Source of the DNA: Gemmatimonadota bacterium | Lineage (GTDB): Bacteria > Gemmatimonadota > Gemmatimonadetes > Palauibacterales > Palauibacteraceae | Length of the DNA stretch: 64,000 nt | Direction: 5' to 3' | Assembly (NCBI GenBank): GCA_046758745.1 | Contig: JBHIAV010000004.1 | Span: forward strand, 1 to 64,000 | Shown here: one piece after another, positions 61,408-64,000 of the stretch | Layout of the letters: every line of letters starts with the position of its first letter | Numbering within the stretch: the stretch's first letter is position 1 | Notes under the pieces: model-generated | What the model was told of the DNA's origin: nothing | What the model saw: only the letters and a program-made list of their open reading frames with translations | The model's database searches: none | Translations under genes and position numbers: made by a program

Positions 61408-62388
61408 CTAGCCGCCGACCTGACTGAGGGCGGCGAGCCCCCCGCTCCCCTTGGCCGAACCGAGCCGCAGCCAGTGGCGTTCCGGCTTTCCGGCCAGCGC
61501 CGTCCGCACCGCATCCAGCACGTTGCCGGTGCGCCGAAGCGGCGTCTTGAGGTCTACCTGGTGCGACCCGAAGAGACAGGTCCGAAGCTGTCCGTCCGCT
61601 GTGAGGCGCATCCGATTGCACCGATCGCAATAGTTGTGGGAGAGCGGCGTGATCACACCGACCGTCCCCTGGGCTCCATCGAACCGGTAGTAGCGTGCCG
61701 GGCCGTTGCCGATCGGCCCGCTCGCCGGCCGCAGATGACCGATCGCCGCCACGCGCCGGAGCATCTCGTCGGCCGAGACGAAGCTGTCCGTCAAGTGCAG
61801 GTTCTCACCGACGGGCATGAGCTCGATGAAGCGAACGTGCCACGCGCGGCCAATCGTCATCTCCGCGAAATCGGCGAGCTCGTCGTCGTTGATGCCGCGC
61901 ATCACGACCGTATTGATCTTGATCGGCGCGAAGCGGACGCGTTCGGCGGCCGCGATCCCTTCCAGCGTAGCATCGAAGAACCTCGCCGGCCGGCGCGCGA
62001 TCTCCTCGAACCGCCCGCGACGCAGCGTGTCGAGGCTGATGTTGACCCGCTGCACGCCGGCCCGCTTGAGATCGTCCGCGAATTGCGGGAGGAGGACGGC
62101 GTTCGTCGAGAGGGCGAGATCCTGGATTCCGGATATGGCGGCCAGGCGCGCGACCAGCTTGGGAAGGTCCCGCCGCACCAGCGGCTCACCGCCCGTGAGC
62201 CGGATCCGCTCGAGGCCGAACCCGGCCATCTGCTCGACGATGGCCACGATCTCCTCATACGTGAGGAGCTCCGACTTCGGGATCCACTCCAGCCCCTCCT
62301 CGGGCATGCAATACGTGCAGCGAAGATTGCACTTGTCGGTGACCGAGATCCGCAGATAGTTGATCCGTCGGCCGAACTGGTCCCTCAT
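61408..62388 (-). CDS. moaA: GTP 3',8-cyclase
   Basis: 'YLRISVTDKCNLRCTYC', 'CDRCNR...C', C-terminal GG; ATG at 62388. Confidence 0.97.
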   Translation of the reverse strand: MRDQFGRRINYLRISVTDKCNLRCTYCMPEEGLEWIPKSELLTYEEIVAIVEQMAGFGLERIRLTGGEPLVRRDLPKLVARLAAISGIQDLALSTNAVLLPQFADDLKRAGVQRVNISLDTLRRGRFEEIARRPARFFDATLEGIAAAERVRFAPIKINTVVMRGINDDELADFAEMTIGRAWHVRFIELMPVGENLHLTDSFVSADEMLRRVAAIGHLRPASGPIGNGPARYYRFDGAQGTVGVITPLSHNYCDRCNRMRLTADGQLRTCLFGSHQVDLKTPLRRTGNVLDAVRTALAGKPERHWLRLGSAKGSGGLAALSQVGG

Positions 62389-62870
62389 CCCGAGCTCGCT
62401 TCCGGGTACGTCCGCGGGGGGCCGGCCTTCCCCCCCTCGAGCCATCGATCGCTGCCGTTCGCGTAGGTTTCCTTCTTCCACACGGGCAGACGGCGCTTGA
62501 TCTCCTCGATGATGTACCGTGAGGCCGTGTAGCATTCCCCCCGATGAGGCGCGGCGACGGCCACGGCAACGCTCACGTCGCCGAGGCCCAGCGTGCCGAC
62601 CCGGTGGGCCGCCGCCACCCGGCCGATCGGGAAGCGAGCGATCGCTTCGGATCCGATCTCCCGCAGCACGGCCTCCGCCATCTCCCGGTAGGCCTCGTAG
62701 TGCAGCCGAGTCACCGGCCGACCGTCGTTGACCTCACGCACTCGCCCTTCGAAGAGGAGCGCCGCCCCGTCGGCCGTCGAGCCCACCGCGGCGAGCAGCT
62801 CCGCGCCGTCAATCGCCTCCTCGCAGACGCGAGCGACCGCCACTCCCTCGGTCTCGCCGCTGGCGTCCAA
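62385..62870 (-). CDS. moaE: Molybdopterin synthase large subunit
   Basis: 'FEGRVRE', 'YEAYREMA', 'HRVG', 'PVWKKE'. Confidence 0.95.
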   Translation of the reverse strand: MDASGETEGVAVARVCEEAIDGAELLAAVGSTADGAALLFEGRVREVNDGRPVTRLHYEAYREMAEAVLREIGSEAIARFPIGRVAAAHRVGTLGLGDVSVAVAVAAPHRGECYTASRYIIEEIKRRLPVWKKETYANGSDRWLEGGKAGPPRTYPEASSG

Positions 62871-62872
62871 CC

Positions 62873-63118
62873 TCAGCCACCCGCGACGGGGGGGATGATC
62901 GCCACTTCGTCGCCCTCTTGCAGGGGGTGGTCCAGCTCCACGTAGCGCAGGTTGACCGCTACGAGCGGCCGGGTCGGGAGCATGCGGAAGCAGGGCTGGC
63001 TCCGTAAATGGGTCATCAGGTCCTCGGCCGTGCTGCCGGGAGGAAGCTCCGCGCTCGCTTCCGACTCACCGCTCAGCTCTCGATACACGCCGAACAGCCG
63101 GATCCGAATCGCCGCCAT
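62873..63118 (-). CDS. moaD: Molybdopterin synthase sulfur carrier
   Basis: 'VAVN', 'GDEVAIIPPVAGG' C-terminus. Confidence 0.95.
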   Translation of the reverse strand: MAAIRIRLFGVYRELSGESEASAELPPGSTAEDLMTHLRSQPCFRMLPTRPLVAVNLRYVELDHPLQEGDEVAIIPPVAGG

Positions 63119-63125
63119 ACCTCCC

Positions 63126-63407
63126 TCAACCCGTCTCGGGTGCCGGCGCGGTACGGATGTACGAAAGAAACTTTCCGATCGCGTCGTCGGGCCGCAGCGT
63201 CGATATCCTGACCCGCGTTCGTCCTTGATCGGCGGGGTCCGGGAAGGCCGACACCGCGATGCGGCTGCGGAACGTGGCGAGCGTCAGGTGAGCTTCGCTC
63301 TCCTCCTCAATCGAGGCGGCGTAGACCGAATCCTCTCCCGTGAAGAATCGCCGCGCCTCTTCGAGCACCGCGGCCGGAGACAGCTCTGTGCTCACCTCGC
63401 TCGTCAT
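63126..63407 (-). CDS. Hypothetical protein leading the moa run
   Basis: 93-codon ORF ending just before the GGAGG of moaD. Confidence 0.6.
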   Translation of the reverse strand: MTSEVSTELSPAAVLEEARRFFTGEDSVYAASIEEESEAHLTLATFRSRIAVSAFPDPADQGRTRVRISTLRPDDAIGKFLSYIRTAPAPETG

Positions 63408-63430
63408 ATCGTTCTCAGCCCTCGCGTTGC

Positions 63431-63459
63431 TTGACGCTTCCCGATACCTCGGGTATGAT
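63431..63459 (+). promoter_or_regulatory. Sigma-70 promoter of the aminotransferase
   Basis: TTGACG, 17 nt spacer, TATGAT. Confidence 0.75.
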
Positions 63460-63579
63460 CCCGCCGGCCCCGCGGGACTCCGAAAGCCTACACGCACCGG
63501 GAGCCGACTCCCGGTGTGAGCTGCAAGGTATCGCGCCGGCCGGTGCCCTTCAAATCACTTCACCCAGCGGGAGTCGGGC

Positions 63580-64000
63580 TTGCGCTTCTCTCGAAACGTG
63601 GCCGCCCTAGAGCCGTCCGCGACGCTCGCGCTCACGGCTCGGGCCAGACGGTTAAAGGCGCAAGGGCTCTCGATCATCGACCTGTCGGCGGGCGAGCCTT
63701 CCTTCCACACGCCGGAGTTCGCCTCGGCCGCCGCTTCCGAATCCATCCGCGCGGGTCGGACCGGCTATCCGCCTACGCAGGGGATCCCCGAGCTGCGCGA
63801 GGCCGTCACCCGCTATCTCTCCGACACCACGGCCGCCTCACGGACAGGGACCGAAGAGGTGTTGATCAGTGCCGGCGTGAAGCAGGCCCTCTTCAACTGC
63901 GCCTACTGCCTCTTCCAGACCGGCGACGCGGTCCTGGTCCCCACGCCGTCGTGGCCGACCTACCTCCCCCTCGTGCGCCTCACGGGCGCGGACCCGATCG
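63580..64000 (+). CDS. Class I/II PLP aminotransferase (aspartate aminotransferase-like), runs off the window
   Basis: TTG start after GGGAG; translates to RFSRNVAALEPSATL...IIDLSAGEPSFHTP...GIPELREAV...GVKQALFN...PTPSWPTY. Absent from the ORF track because there is no stop in the window. Confidence 0.92.
   Translation, partial: MRFSRNVAALEPSATLALTARARRLKAQGLSIIDLSAGEPSFHTPEFASAAASESIRAGRTGYPPTQGIPELREAVTRYLSDTTAASRTGTEEVLISAGVKQALFNCAYCLFQTGDAVLVPTPSWPTYLPLVRLTGADPI

Noticed and set aside
63408-63579. Moco riboswitch for the moa genes
   Set aside because: I could not match the Moco motif; the promoter and anti-SD point toward the aminotransferase. A cmscan would settle it.

Overview
Very GC-rich (roughly 70% by eye) core-genome segment of a diderm bacterium; gene content and order suggest Gemmatimonadota (inference, not checked). 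Almost all genes lie on the minus strand in long, translationally coupled runs. In window order: a CRTAC1/ASPIC-UnbV lipoprotein plus a TPR protein (+); a seven-gene lipid-carrier glycosylation locus (two GT2, two GT-C, GT4, methyltransferase, flippase-like); rpoN-lptB-lptA-lptC-[decayed kdsD]-kdsC-kdsA-pyrG-kdsB; an outer-membrane protein, nitroreductase, xerD, dedA, ispF, purE, mqnC, mqnE; fabF-acpP-fabG-fabD-[possible plsX relic]-rpmF-yceD-ndk-sucD-sucC; carbamate kinase, UPF0182, PMM/PGM; a complete nuoA-N operon with fused nuoCD and a Rex-like operator; dcd, DUF423, an HD-GYP protein, a lipoprotein, mdh, moaA/E/D; and the start of an aminotransferase. I saw no rRNA, tRNA, CRISPR-cas, transposase or prophage. 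The most unusual structure is a 93-94 bp period array between nuoD and nuoE, made of degenerate copies of the last 13 nuoD codons, each with a palindromic hairpin and a unique 30-31 nt spacer. Also notable: a frameshifted CBS-only kdsD relic, a possible plsX micro-relic, short AT-rich recoded patches inside conserved genes, an N-terminally extended LptB, and a switch-like 5' leader ahead of the aminotransferase. Products were called from recognised motifs only; no database searches were run.
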